A stretch of 63,289 nucleotides of DNA, filler included, from Octopus bimaculoides (lineage: Eukaryota): the NCBI RefSeq assembly GCF_001194135.2. It is 6 parts of 6 records of this genome, joined end to end, with 100 filler letters (N's around TTAATTAATTAA, not from the genome) between each part and the next. Parts side by side here need not be neighbours in the genome. Positions count along the whole stretch, not along the records: positions 1 to 29,783 come from NC_068984.1; 5 more parts are not named here. One strand, written 5' to 3'. The notes beneath the pieces were generated by a model. That model saw nothing but the letters and a program-made list of their open reading frames with translations. It did not search any database and had not been told where the DNA came from. Below are positions 13,161 to 25,816 of this stretch, one piece after another. Numbering within the stretch: the stretch's first letter is position 1; every line of letters starts with the position of its first letter. A program made the position numbers and the translations under genes.

Positions 13161-13783
13161 AATCATGTATGAATGTACGTAAGTATGTATGTATGTTTTA
13201 TTGTGGAGATTCCCTTCTCCTAGGTAGATTACCAACCAAGGTTAAAGAGCTTTTACCTGTTCATGAGGTAGGCTGTCCTGTACTAGACACCAAACCAGCA
13301 CCAAATGCTCCACAGAGTGATTAAGTATCATTCCAGCATCCAATGTAGAGCATACTTGTGAATGCCGTGTATGCCATAAAGTCTAAAAATCTAACAGAGG
13401 CCTCAAAAGACATTTTAAGATCCACAAAGATCAGAACTTAACTGCAGCTCTTGGTAGTCCACAGCAGATATGCAATTTATGTGGGTGTCTTTTCAAAACA
13501 TTGTCTGGTTTAAAAAGTCACATCAGACGCCATGATAGATCTAAAGTGTAAGTGCAGGAGGTGGTCAAACTCTGCATAAGGAGTAGACAACCACTAGCAC
13601 CATGTATGTATGTATGTATGTATGTATGTATGTATGTATGTATGTATTATGTATGTGCGTGTGTATGTGTGTGTGCATGTGTGAAACTGAACATAAAAAA
13701 AACAACGATTTTTGTGCTAATTACGAAAGAGTTCATTCAATTATGGGACAAATTCTTGTCAATATTATCTTTATTGTCAAAGT

Positions 13784-13985
13784 GGCGAGCTGTCAGAACT
13801 GTAAGCATGCTGGGCCAAAAGCTTAGAAGCAACTTGTTTGTCACTATGTTCTGAGTTCAAATTCCGCTGAGGTTGACTTTGCATTCCATTTTTTCAAGGT
13901 TGATAAAATAAGTACCAGTTGTGCACTGGGGTCAATTTAATCAACTTGCAACCTCTCACGAAATTTCTGGCCTTGTGCCAAAATT
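13784..13985 (+). mobile_element. tRNA-derived SINE family B, CpG-decayed copy
   Basis: GGCGAGCTG...CTGAGTTCAAATTCCGCTGAGGTTGACTTTGC...GATAAAATAAGTACCAGT. Other decayed copies near 8420 and 10340. Confidence 0.8.
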
Positions 13986-14747
13986 GGAAATCAGTATTAT
14001 CGATATTATAAAGATTATCATCAATATTGTTGATATCATTTTTTCACTTTAATTACAGGTATTATCATTATTACTGAGGTGGTGAGCTGGCAAAATCATT
14101 AGCACACTTAGTTAAGGGTACACATGTCTATGGAGTGCTCAGCCACTTGAACGTTAATTTCATGAGCAGAGTGTTCAGTTGGTTGGATCAAATGGAACAC
14201 TTGTCATTGCAACTAAAGGAGTGCCAGTGTGTGTGTGTGTGCACGTGTGTGCGTGCATGTGTGTGTTTATGTATTTCTCTTTGTATGACTTATATTAACA
14301 CTGCTTGTGCAGTGGGGGCCTACATCCTGTACAAACAATGCATTCTGTAGCTCAGTGTTCAGTATGTGAACACTATTTGAATAAAATGTGCCTAACTTGG
14401 AAACGATATGGCTTGGCAAAAAGAAGGACATCCAAGTGTAGAATACTACCTCAAATATCTTTCAGCCCATACTAGCATGGAGAAAATGGTTATACAAAGG
14501 ACAAGAGGATAATTGACATTGATGTAGATGATGGTGACTGGTATTGATGCACTGTCTTTTGTTAGAATGCCTACACAGTTATGATACTATGATATTTACT
14601 CCTTCATCAAATACATCATTGCCATCATTGCCAACATCATCATCTTTGTTGTCAGTATTGTCATCATCATCATCAGTCTCATCATTATCATTAACGTCAA
14701 CATCATCATTATCATCCTATTGTAGTGTGTGTTGCTTTCCATTTCAG

Positions 14748-14822
14748 AGTCTATGGCCCTGATGACTGTCAGCAAAATGTCTTTGATCAAGTTCAGCCAA
14801 TGCTAACATCATTGCTCGATGG
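14748..14822 (+). CDS. KIF25: Kinesin-14 family motor, KIF25-like, internal exon (R-VYGPDDCQQNVFDQVQPMLTSLLD-G)
   Basis: Acceptor gttgctttccatttcag|A and donor GG|gtatgt; 75 nt, phase 2 to 2. The peptide matches the kinesin-14 segment RVYGP...Q..VF..V.P.LTSLLDG that precedes YNVC..AYGQTGSGK. Confidence 0.88.
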
Positions 14823-15174
14823 GTATGTTATTGAGATGCTTTGATTTATTCACTTGTTGCCACTTTCCTCTTGAAAAATCACTTTAATATTGCTTTTGAA
14901 ACCAAAGAAAAAGAAAATACATCTGGTCAGGCAATTGTTGTACTGAAAACAGTTGTTGAGCCAAAAACATCTTTCCACGTCTGTTCTCTTATCTTCATAC
15001 AACAAGCTTGCCTTTTTCCTTAATGACATCGATTCTTGAGATTATCTCCCTTTTTTTCATATGGAGCTCATTGTAATTGCTATTTAGTAGTTATGACATG
15101 TCCTCTGAGGAAGAGAAAATTTTAATAAATCAAGAATTTATGTTGTATAGTATTTGATATACCTGTATTGATCA

Positions 15175-15310
15175 TCATCATCATCATCATCGTTTAACGT
15201 CCGCTTTCCATGCTAGCATGGGTTGGACGATTTGACTGAGGACTGGTGAAACCGGATGGCAAAACCAGGCTCCAATCTAATTTGGCAGAGTTTCTACAGC
15301 TGGATAACCT
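15175..15310 (-). mobile_element. RTE-type 3' tail, CpG-retaining (younger) copy
   Basis: CATCATCATCGTTTAACGTCCGCTTTCCATGCTAGCATGGGTTGGACG. Confidence 0.8.
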
Positions 15311-16249
15311 TCACGTATACATACAGACATGTGTGTGTGTGTGTGTATATACATATATATATTAGTACACATAAATATGCATACATACACACACATGTAT
15401 ATGTGTGTGTGTGTGTGTGCATGTGTGCATGTGTGTGTATGTGTGTGAGTAAATATGTATAATATCCAAAATGTACAGTATTATATATTGTCCATCACAG
15501 CTGATCTTACCAGTCAGTTTCGTACTAGGAATACAATGAAGTGTTAGGTAACAATCAGATTATATAACCTTATGCTCATCAGAGTTAGTCAATATGGAAG
15601 AGAATATGGCAACTGTTCTCTGTTGTATATTTACATACATACATACATACATACAGATTGATAGACACAGACAGACTGACAGACAGGTAGATAAATAGAT
15701 AGATAAATAGAGAGAGAGAGAGAGGGTGAGAGAGATGGAGAAAGACAGGTAGGTAGGTAGGTAGGTAAGTAGATAGATGTTAGTAAATACCTTAAAGTAG
15801 AGCCTGTATATTTTATTAGAGACTAAAGCTCCTTGAATCATAATCTGAGTTTTACATTCCTGATTGAGTTTTACATTTTATGTAGGGAAACAGCATGAAA
15901 ATATCGAAATTAAATCACTTGTAAACCAATGAAAGTGAAATAAATCAGCAATTTATATATATTTGGTTTCCAAAAAGTCATTAGAAAATGCATTGTACAT
16001 TCATTTATTCCTTATGTTAATATAACATTTGTATTTTTACATCTTTTTATATGAAAAATCACCTGAAGATTTCATGTTTTTGGCACCACATGTACAAATC
16101 ACTCACAAGGAAAAGAAAAAGATCTTGTTGAATAAATGACTGTTCCTTTTTAATCATACAACACTTTTTTAAGATACAACAATCTCTGCAGGGAATAAAA
16201 TATTTTATCCTGTTGGTACTGGGAAATTCCTCATTATATAGTATGGAAG

Positions 16250-17000
16250 TCTTTCAAAGAATTCACAAATTCTTCAAAATTACTAAAGGTTGTTTAATGT
16301 TATACTTCTCCAAGTGATAGAAATTTCATTTTCTGGATTCATTAACATAAGGTGATACAAGTTTTTTAATGGACTGATCAATTTCATAATTGTTCATACA
16401 ATTATTGCTTAAACTCCAGATGCATTTGGTCAGTGAAGTAGTAATGTAATTTTGTGAATGCTTGAATATATACATATGTTGTGAGTATCTTTTGTAAAAT
16501 AGATTTCCACTAAGTCTTGCATAGCTTTTTGTTTCACTGACATTAGATCATGTATTGTTTGATGTAGATACAAGCTGATACAGTGAATTAAGATTTGTAA
16601 ATTAATAGGATTATACATCTTAAACTTACTGCAGGAGAGATTGTGCTTCATCAAGTTTGATCTTTACTTTGATAATAAACTATTCTTTTTGGGAAGAATG
16701 AAAGACCCTATATTGGTTGGTAGTCGAAAGAAGATACTCAATGTATTCAGAGATTTGGATTTAATGACCACAGTAGCTAAGATTCTAAACATAATTAATT
16801 ACATAAATGTGACTCCAGATTTAGGTACTGCACTATAGGTACACTAAACAAGAAATTACAGTACATTAATATAAATTCCAACTATCCCCAATAATTCTTG
16901 CGTCCTAAGTTAATAGCATTAATAAGCACAAATATAGCTTATCTGATGAGAAATCCTTTAACTACACTGCTTGATGTTACAATGATGCATTAAAAACACT
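16250..17000 (-). mobile_element. Penelope-like element, GIY-YIG endonuclease region, decayed
   Basis: LPTNIGSFI, NSLYQ..., SYARLSGNLFYKRYSQH..FKH...TTSLTKCIWSL. Confidence 0.65.
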
Positions 17001-17039
17001 GGTTTTAAAGATAGAATACACTGCATACAGAACAACACT

Positions 17040-17670
17040 AGTATTCATGAACATGCTTGCATATGGACATGGACAGCTGTGTAAAGAAGTGCCAATCTCT
17101 AACTGTGGAGGGAACCTGTGGTAAAGGTATACCCAGGAAGACATGAGAAGAAGTAGGGAAGCATAATCTTCAAGCTTTGAGCCTCACACAAGCAATGACT
17201 AGTGACCAAAACCTTTGACGATATGCTGTGCTTGAGAGAACCCATCAAGCCAATTGAAATCATAGGTTGTGGCTGAGTTCCTCTCAACAGCTGGGCCTCA
17301 CGGAGGCAAAGTGGCTGAGTTCCTTTTGTGTGTTGGGCCTCGTGGAGGCAAGGTGGCTGAGTTCCTTTCAAGTGTTGGGCCGCACAGAAGCAATGACTGA
17401 GACCTTTGGGATTATGTCGTGTTTGAGAAGACCCATCAAACCAAACAAAATCATGGCAGATACCGGTGTCATGCAAATGGCACCCATGCCGGTGGCAAAT
17501 AAAAGTACCCATTACACTCTGAGAGGGGGTGGCATTAGGAAGGGCATCCAACCATAGAAAAACCATGCCAAATCAGACTGGAATCTGGTGCAGCCTTCCA
17601 GTGTGCCAGCCCTGGTCAAACCATCCAGCCCATACCAGCATGGACAATGGTTGTTAGATGATGAGGATGA
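17040..17670 (+). mobile_element. RTE LINE 3' end with an internal 42-bp tandem repeat
   Basis: ORF-end residues similar to 4600-4850; three 42-bp units start at 17269, 17311 and 17353; canonical tail near 17610-17660. Confidence 0.75.
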
Positions 17671-18118
17671 CGATTATTGGTGATCATGTTACTCCAACAT
17701 CATGTAGTATCTTAGCTCACCTACCTGATTCAGACACTCTTGACTGTTATGTCTGTGGAATCATGAGGTGAGGATGGCAGCCCCACAATGCCAAGGACTC
17801 ATTGGGTGTCATGGTATGGTAGGTAGGAGGTCAGTGGTGGTGTTTGTATTGTTGGTGGTGGTGGTGGTGGTGATATGGTGGTGGTGGTTTACCTGATTCT
17901 GACACAGAAGTCACTCTAGTGGCCACATTCGGGATGTCATTGTGGGTGGGGAAAATTTTGTTCAGCAGCATATTTCTTTGATTTATCTAGTTCAATGTGT
18001 ATATATCCATGGATCTTCTGTGAATGTGTTGATTTTCTTTGTTCGATGTTATATTTCCCTTGTGATTTATTTTGTTCATTGTTGCCCAGTACACCCTTTA
18101 TGAATGTATGTATGTATG

Positions 18119-18184
<66 letters not shown>

Positions 18185-18599
18185 CATACAGAGAGAGAGA
18201 GAGAGGGATTGCTATACATATATAATAATATCACAAACCAAATTCTTCACATAATGTCAACCACGTTTGCAGATAAATTTCATTTTTCCTCTTTCATATA
18301 TGAATTATTGCTCCTACCATTAATTTATGACTACATACCTCTATGTATATACCTCTGTATACATGCTGCTATTTGTATGCTTCTATACATACCATGGTAT
18401 ATATTCCTTTATGTACCAGTCACTCTGTATGGATCTGTATATGTGCACATGAATACATCCCAATAAGTGTGATTGCATGTGTGGGAGGTTTAAATTATGA
18501 ATATATTTCTTTAGGTTTAGAAAACACATCTTTTGTCAATAAAACGTTTGCTGCTGTTGTGTTTGTTGTTTAACTCCAGGTTAGGGATCCACAATCCAG

Positions 18600-18940
18600 T
18601 TGACCTATGATCATAGACATTCTTGTGGAATCCTAGTATTTGTATTTTGCTGCATTATCACTTTGTAGGAGCAATAGAGATTGTGAGGCCTGGCAATTGT
18701 AGTGATTTTGAAGTTTGTGTTTGTATTACTGATGACTAGAGAATGTAGTACAAAATTGTCTTCTTGATATGTGTTATGAATGTATCTTTGTACCGTTGAA
18801 AAGATCAAATAATCATGGTCCTATTGATGTTGTTAAGGTTATTCTTCAAGGAATAATGTTAGTATTTAAATTGTGTGTGAATGTTATCTGAGTGTTGAAG
18901 GTTTGGAGGGTATGATGTGTGATATTATTTGTATTATTTT
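18600..18940 (-). mobile_element. Penelope-like RT C-terminal fragment, heavily decayed
   Basis: Residual TFNTQITFTH..IP and YKDT...LYYILSS, alignable to the PLE motifs IKFT.E...PFLD and YKPTD..QYL..SS.HP. Confidence 0.45.
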
Positions 18941-18945
18941 TGTGA

Positions 18946-19235
18946 AGGTACATAGCTTAGTGGTAAAAGTATTTAACTCACAATCATAAGGTCATGAATT
19001 CAATTCCTGATAGCATGTTGTTCCTTGAGCAAGACACTTTATCTCACATTGCTCCAGTCCTCTCAGCTGGCAAAAGTAAGTTGTACCTGTGATTCAAAAG
19101 ACCAACCTTGTCACATGCTGTGTCACACTGAATCTCCCTGAGAACTACATTAAGGGTACGTGTGTCTGTGGAATGCTCAGCTACTTGAACATTAGTTTTA
19201 CGAGTAGGCTGTTCTGTGATTGAATCATAACCAAT
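18946..19235 (+). mobile_element. tRNA-derived SINE family C, CpG-decayed copy
   Basis: Head CATAGCTTAGTGG...GAATTCAATTCC; body TTCCTTGAGCAAGACACTT...CCTTGTCACA...GAGAACTACATTAAGGGTAC. Confidence 0.8.
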
Positions 19236-19799
19236 GGAGTATTTATATGGTTGTATATGTTACTCGATGGAACAGCAGATGTTCAAATGAAAGGTAACAA
19301 TACCAAACATTATAGTACATAAAAGAAGATACAATGAGGAATCACAGAAAGACTCACCAGCACACCACAATGACATGGTCTGGCAAGATCTGATAAAGAA
19401 AAAGATGAGTGATTAATGTAGAATATAAGTGAGAAACTTTTCTGGAAGGTTGCTTTGATAGCATTAAGGGTAATAATCACTTTGTCTCTTGAGAATAGGA
19501 GCCTGTTAGTGAAGAACATAGGAGATGGAGTCTTTGGTAAATTTGGCTCTATGGAGGTGATGATGGAAATAAGGAAATAATAAAGGAAGTTAGCGATAGT
19601 GGTACACATCATCATTTAGATCAATTTCCATTTTTTTCAGTTGTTATTTCAGGGGATGGTTTATATCAGTCTTACTTCCAAATGGACAGATTCTCAGAGA
19701 GAAAGCTGGAGAGAGACGTGCAAGAGAGCAATAGAGATTGATGAGTTTAATTAGAATAAGAGTATATATATGAAAAATCTATGATAGTAAGGGTATAAG

Positions 19800-20165
19800 C
19801 ATGGCTGTGCAGTAAGAAGTTTGCTTCTCAATCATGTGATTTTGAGTTCAGTCACACTATCCCACTGTGTGGCATCTTGGGCAAGTGGGATCTACTATAG
19901 CCTTGGACCAACCAAAGCCTTGTGGTTCATTGAGATTGAAAGAAGTCCATCATATATACGTATAAGGGTGTCTTTGTGTTTGTGCCTGTCCCATCACTAT
20001 TTGACAACTGGGGCTGGTTTGTTTAATTGTTGAGATTTGGGAAAGGGATTGATAGAATAAGTTCCAAGCTTTACCAAATTTGTACTAGGATCAGTTTGTT
20101 TGATTAAAACTCTTCAGGGCAGTGCCTCAGTATGGTTGCAGTCCAACAACTGGAACAAGTAAAAG
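19800..20165 (+). mobile_element. tRNA-derived SINE family A, CpG-decayed near full-length copy
   Basis: GGCTGTGCAGTAAGAAGTTTGCTTCTCAATCA...CTACTATAGCC...ACCAAAGCCTTGTG...GAACAAGTAAAAG. Confidence 0.75.
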
Positions 20166-20967
20166 GTAAAAGATAATAGATAACGAAATAACATAGAGTT
20201 AACTGTTAACCTTTCAGCATTCAAACTGGCTATATCCAGCTGAAATATTCTACCTGTTTTATGTTCAAAATAGCCAAAACCTGCCTCTCACACCTACCCA
20301 ATAGTGTCATTCTAAAAATAAACAACCACATCATGAAAATCTTGAAGCTATGAGATATTGCATGATTAATTCAAAACAATGTGTTAGAGTAATCTGAATA
20401 CTAAAGGGTTAAACTATTTTAAATTCAACAATGATGATTTTATCAATTGCAACATCTCATGATCACATGCTGCCTACTACAAAACATAGTAATATACCTC
20501 TTTCCCCGTTTTATTCAGAAGATAAGTCATTAAAGGATTTGAAACATTAATGAATGTAGGAATGCTAATGTTCCAAATGAAATATAAAGGACTAATGAGG
20601 AAACGAAAAAACATTTTTAATAAAATAAGATTAAACATGAATACAGGCAAGTCTTCAGTATAACATGTTTCAAAGAAAAGCTGTTATGCTTGTGACTGTG
20701 TGTTATACTGAAGACATGACTGTGTATGAGTTTAATCTTTTCATTAATCATTTTTCTCAATCCCTTATCAGTCCATTCAATTAGTTTGGAACAATAGCAT
20801 TCGTAAGTTTATAGAAGCATTAATGGACTTAGAAATGCTGCTGTTCCATAAAAGAATAATAAGGAATTATGAACATTCTTTAACAAAAAATGATTAAACA
20901 CATTCATGTTTTTCAATATAGTATTGGAAAGTATAACTGTTCCTGTATACACAAATAAGTATGTAAC

Positions 20968-21030
<63 letters not shown>

Positions 21031-21244
21031 CATCCATCCATCCATCCATCCACACACACACACACATTTGAAGAGCGGTTTTAAACCACTGGCCATTAAG
21101 GTCTGAAGAGACACTGCAAAGTTAACCACTTCATTAGGCATGAAATCCTAGGTAACCTGATAAACCAGCTGTAGCTATCTTTATTTAATTACTCTATTAC
21201 TCTATTACTTAGAGTGTGCTTCTCTTTGGGATTTATGATTTATG

Positions 21245-21297
<53 letters not shown>

Positions 21298-21522
21298 ATG
21301 TATAAATATATATATACACACACACACACAACTACACATACGTACGTACATACATACATACATATAAATTATACAAGGGAAAGGTTGACAGGAACTTTGA
21401 AATTTGGTAAACACGTACTTTATTACTAGGTATTAAGTAATCCTTGAGTTTAATGGTAAATAGTTTTTATATGTAACTTAACATAAAAACAAACAATATG
21501 TGTGAGTGTACACACCCACCCA

Positions 21523-21557
<35 letters not shown>

Positions 21558-22299
21558 GTCATTGTTTTAATGTTCCTTTTCTCAAGCTTGCATGGATCAG
21601 ACAGAATCTGTTTAGGCAAATTTTCTACAGCTGGTTGCTCTTTCTGTGGCCATTCTGCTGCTGTTTCTTAGCCAGGTAGCATGTTCCAATGGTCAGGCAT
21701 GTTTACATGGAAGAATGGAAACAGTCTTTTGTGTAAACATGCCCAGAATGATAATGTATGAGAGCGATAGTTATTTACAACTATTGTGCAATATCAAGAC
21801 AGGGAAGCGCACACATACACACATGCATGTAGGCATTACTCTATTTTTAAATGAACAAATAGTTCTTTCTTACTTTTCTTCCAGCTTTCATTGTTATTTT
21901 CTCTAATACAATTCATTTATACTTTAATTTATTTTTAGTTAAGCACTTTATATTTATTATCCTGTAAGTCATTAAGTTGTTTATAGCCTGTAGCTATTCT
22001 ACATCTATCTTGAAGCATTTCAGAATTTCATTATTTTTTATGGTGTTTTCATCTGTTCTTATGTCCATATATTTCATCTGTTTTTAAATCTTTTAATTTA
22101 CATTTAAATCCCTTAATTCATATTTATTTCTATTACAGCCCCTATAGGGATTGTCTAATTTTTTTATTGACATTTCATTGTAGGAACTAAAACTATGCTG
22201 TCAAATACTTATATAATGTGTTACTTTGTGTATAATGTGCTTTTTTTGGAGTTGTTATTTAGTTGAGGAGTCTTTGTTCAATATCAGAAAATGTAGTTT

Positions 22300-23250
22300 T
22301 TCCATAGCTTGACATTTTTCAATAGTTCATTTTAGAACTGTCTTCATTTCTTGTAGGAAACTGTTCTTCAAAAAGTTGTCCAACCCATCCTTTATACTAC
22401 TACTTACTTTACTGTTTGAAACCGTGTGCAATATTTCTTTATCAACGTGTTGTCTGTTTAACCTTACTAGAATTTCTGGTCTGTTGATGATTGTAGTTAG
22501 TGGTTAATTTGTTGTTTAGTTCCTGGGTGGCTTGAGTCAATATGTAATAAAAACTGTTCCATCTGAGAGCATTTAGTTTCTATTTTTTTTTTAAATACTA
22601 GAGTACAATTTTAGGAAGATTGGTCTGCTACTTTTATTATGCCAAGCAAACATATTGAGGCTGTCTTTATTTCCTCATGCAATTGTTTTCTTCAGCAAAT
22701 TTCTCTCCACTGCTTAATTCTTTCTTGATTATTTTATCATTGTCCCACATTCATTGGACGGTAATGTGGTTTTCTAGGAACACTTAATCCTGTGTTTTAA
22801 GCTGATCATAAACCCTCTTCATTTACTTTATTCAGGCTTATTAAAGTGCATTATCCATACTGTCATATATGTGATCCCTTCTGGTAGCAGCTAGTTTGTT
22901 TGAATTTACCTTATACAGGGATGTTGCCACTATTTTTGGTTCTTCTTTAGACCTGCAGACTTTATCCAATACATACTGGATTAACAATGAATGACCATTC
23001 ATATGAGAACAAAAATGGTACTCTTTGATAAATCTAAACACGGTAAATTAAGATCCATTCTTGCACCCCTTGTTTTCAATTGACACTAACTTATCTCTAT
23101 TTTCTTCTTCAGGTGTATTAACTAGGTCTCATGCTTACTTTGATTTGAGGTACCCTTTGGGAAACATCTAGTTTTAAGGGATTCCTCAGTAGGATTTAGT
23201 GTCCCTTTGGTTGCTGTTTATTAATGAGAAATTGAAATTATACTCTATCT
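22300..23250 (-). mobile_element. Penelope-like RT fragment, heavily decayed
   Basis: VATSLY (cf. DV.SLY) and QFLLHIDSSHPGTK (cf. QYLHF.S.HP..K), with many stops. Confidence 0.55.
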
Positions 23251-24053
23251 TGTTCAAATCAATCATACCCCAAACATACACACATTGAACAATAATTTTC
23301 TCTCTTCTGCCTTTACACAATAAATAACTTCTGGCAGTGTTTAATTTTCATTTTATATTTTTGTTGTTGTGTTTTTTAAATTTTTGTTTGTCTTTTTCTT
23401 TCATTTCCATACATTAATAATCTACCCCATAATTTAAGTTCAAATGTCACTGATAGATGTGGCTACTTTTATTCTCATGCGATTTGATGAAACAAGTAGT
23501 TAGTTTGCTGCTGCACTTGTGTTATCAAGATGTTGTTTTGCAGTGGTCTTGAATTGAAGAACTGTGAAGGCGCAACTATAAGGTAAGACATTTGCTTTTT
23601 TTGGGGGATTCAGTGGAGGTTTGTTGTTTGTTGCCCATTTTTTTTCGAACAAGAAATCCCTACTGAGTTCCAAGGCATTTGTCTTCCTATAGTTGCACAG
23701 TCTCACTTAATTGTGAAAATTGTGTTGTTTTGGGGGCGTATCCTGCCTCTAAAAACTGTGAAATCTTTTTGGAAAAATTTCTGAATTTCTACCAATTTGT
23801 GGCGGATTTTTTAAAGTTGTGTTCCTGCTGCTGTGTCCCTGTTCACTTTTGGAGTACCTTTTTGGAATACTTGTTGGCTAGGACTACCGGTTGGCCAGAA
23901 TTATGTGTTGCTGTGTTTTGAACTGTCTTCCTTCTTTCTTTTTCTCTTCTTTGTCTTTCTGCTCTTCTTTGTCTTCCTTCAAAGTATTCTTTGACTTTGT
24001 TTTTGACTTTTGTTGTTTTTTTCTTAACTTTTTCTGAACTTTTTCTTCAAAGG

Positions 24054-25417
24054 ATGGCAAAGAAAATGAACATTACATTGGAGTGAGAAATCATCCCACC
24101 CAAGCAATGGTTGAAAAACTTAGAGGAAAGAACGGTGGTGTTGAGGACTTATTCTAAGTCACTCGACACCATCGCAGTCTTTCGTAAGACAGGAATAGAA
24201 AAAGAGTTGGCAGAATATCTGCCAACTATTAAGTTTATTTCCAGGGGTGTTAGATATGCAATGGTGTGGATGCTATTTGACACCCCTGAGGTGGCTCACA
24301 AATTTGTGAGCCAGCCCTTAGAAGGGCAAAAGATTCTGTTTCTTCTCACATATTGTGGGAAGAAATTAACAAGAGCTTGGGTCTGTGGGCTGCCACCGGG
24401 CATTGAACTGGAATAGATAGAGGATACTATCCACCGCGGTCTGGGTGGCAGCAGGCTCAAGCTTTTAAATGTGAAATTGTTGCCAGCAGCTGATTGGGTA
24501 GGGTCAAAAGTGGTTTTGACTCCATGGACCCAATCAGCCGCTAAAGATCTGGTATTTCCAGATTTTCTGAAAATGGCCGGTTGCAGGTACCCAGTGATAC
24601 TTGTGGGACGTCCTGTGCCTGGAATCGGGCCATATTAAAAAGAACTGTCCCCATGACCAAAGTAGGGTCCTGGAGCAATTAATAAAAGTAGCGCCCCCTC
24701 CTTCTTTGGAGGAAGAGAGAGAGGCAGTCGAGGAGGTGGAGACCTCCTCAAAAAAGGGGGAAAAAAGGAAGAAGGTGGGCAACAATGGTTGCCCACCGAA
24801 GGACCCCAAAGCTGTGGGAGGGAGGGAAGATCCTCTGGATAAAGCAGAGGAACTACACCCTCCCATTGCACAAGGGAGGAAAAAAGAAGATGAAGAATCG
24901 GACATTGCCGGCAGTTAGTAGTACACTGCCGGCATGTCCTGAAACCTCGGTGGGAATTGTGCCACCGACGGTGTAAACTGTGGCTCCTCTCATTATGATG
25001 AAGGATGATTTTATGATCTTCTTTCATAAGAGAGGGGCAGTACAGGGCTTTGTGAAGAAGCTAAAGAGCCAAGGGAGGGATTCCTGTCCTGGACTGAAGA
25101 CCTGGATTGGCTTCCGCAGGTAACTGCGGAGGTCATAATGGAGGATGATATGTTCAGGGTGATGGACTCCTTTCCTAAGGACCAATATAGGTTTGCCTTT
25201 TGGAACCCCGACTTGGAACTACAGGATTGCCTGTGGGAGGCATATGGCCTGGTTGGGGAGGAAAGATAAGAGGCCTTAGTGCCTCAATTTGAATTTGTAT
25301 TGTTTATATTTTTTTGGTAAGAGGCTCAACACCACAATTTGTAAGGACGATTGCATCCATTCTTTGAACTGAGGTAAGAGTTTCAATACCACATTTTGTT
25401 TTGTTGAAAAAAAAAAA
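24054..25417 (+). mobile_element. L1/Tx1-type ORF1 (gag-like, zinc knuckle) pseudogene followed directly by a short 3' UTR and A11 tail
   Basis: ATG at 24054; in-frame stops at 24084 and 24414; knuckle remnant CLESGHIKKNC; charged low-complexity linker; C-terminal ...DCLWEAYGLVGEER stop at 25267-25269; A11 at 25407-25417; no ORF2 motifs seen downstream. Confidence 0.7.
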
Positions 25418-25767
25418 GAACTATGTTTTCAGGAATGCAACAATCGGCGGGTGTTGTTTGCTTCTCCCACCAACCATTTTTTTCATTCCATTATCATTAT
25501 GTCTTTGTCCAGCCTACAGCTACATCATTGTAAGGCTGCATAGCCAATTTTATGAAATAAAGTAGTTGCCATGTTTTGAGTCAAGTCATTTGATTCTTAA
25601 CATCCCTTATAAGTTTGCGACCTAATGACAAGGGAAATAATTAGTCATTTTCATGAGTATCATTACTATAAATCATCATCATCATTATCATCATCAATGC
25701 AATCGTATCCGCAGCAGCAGCATCTAAATGGTGATAGTTATGATGGTAAAAATGGAGATAATAACGA

Positions 25768-25816
<49 letters not shown>

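Noticed and set aside
17269-17395. Regularly spaced repeats superficially like a CRISPR array
   Set aside because: Head-to-tail 42-bp units with no unique spacers, inside a eukaryotic LINE 3' end, and no cas genes.
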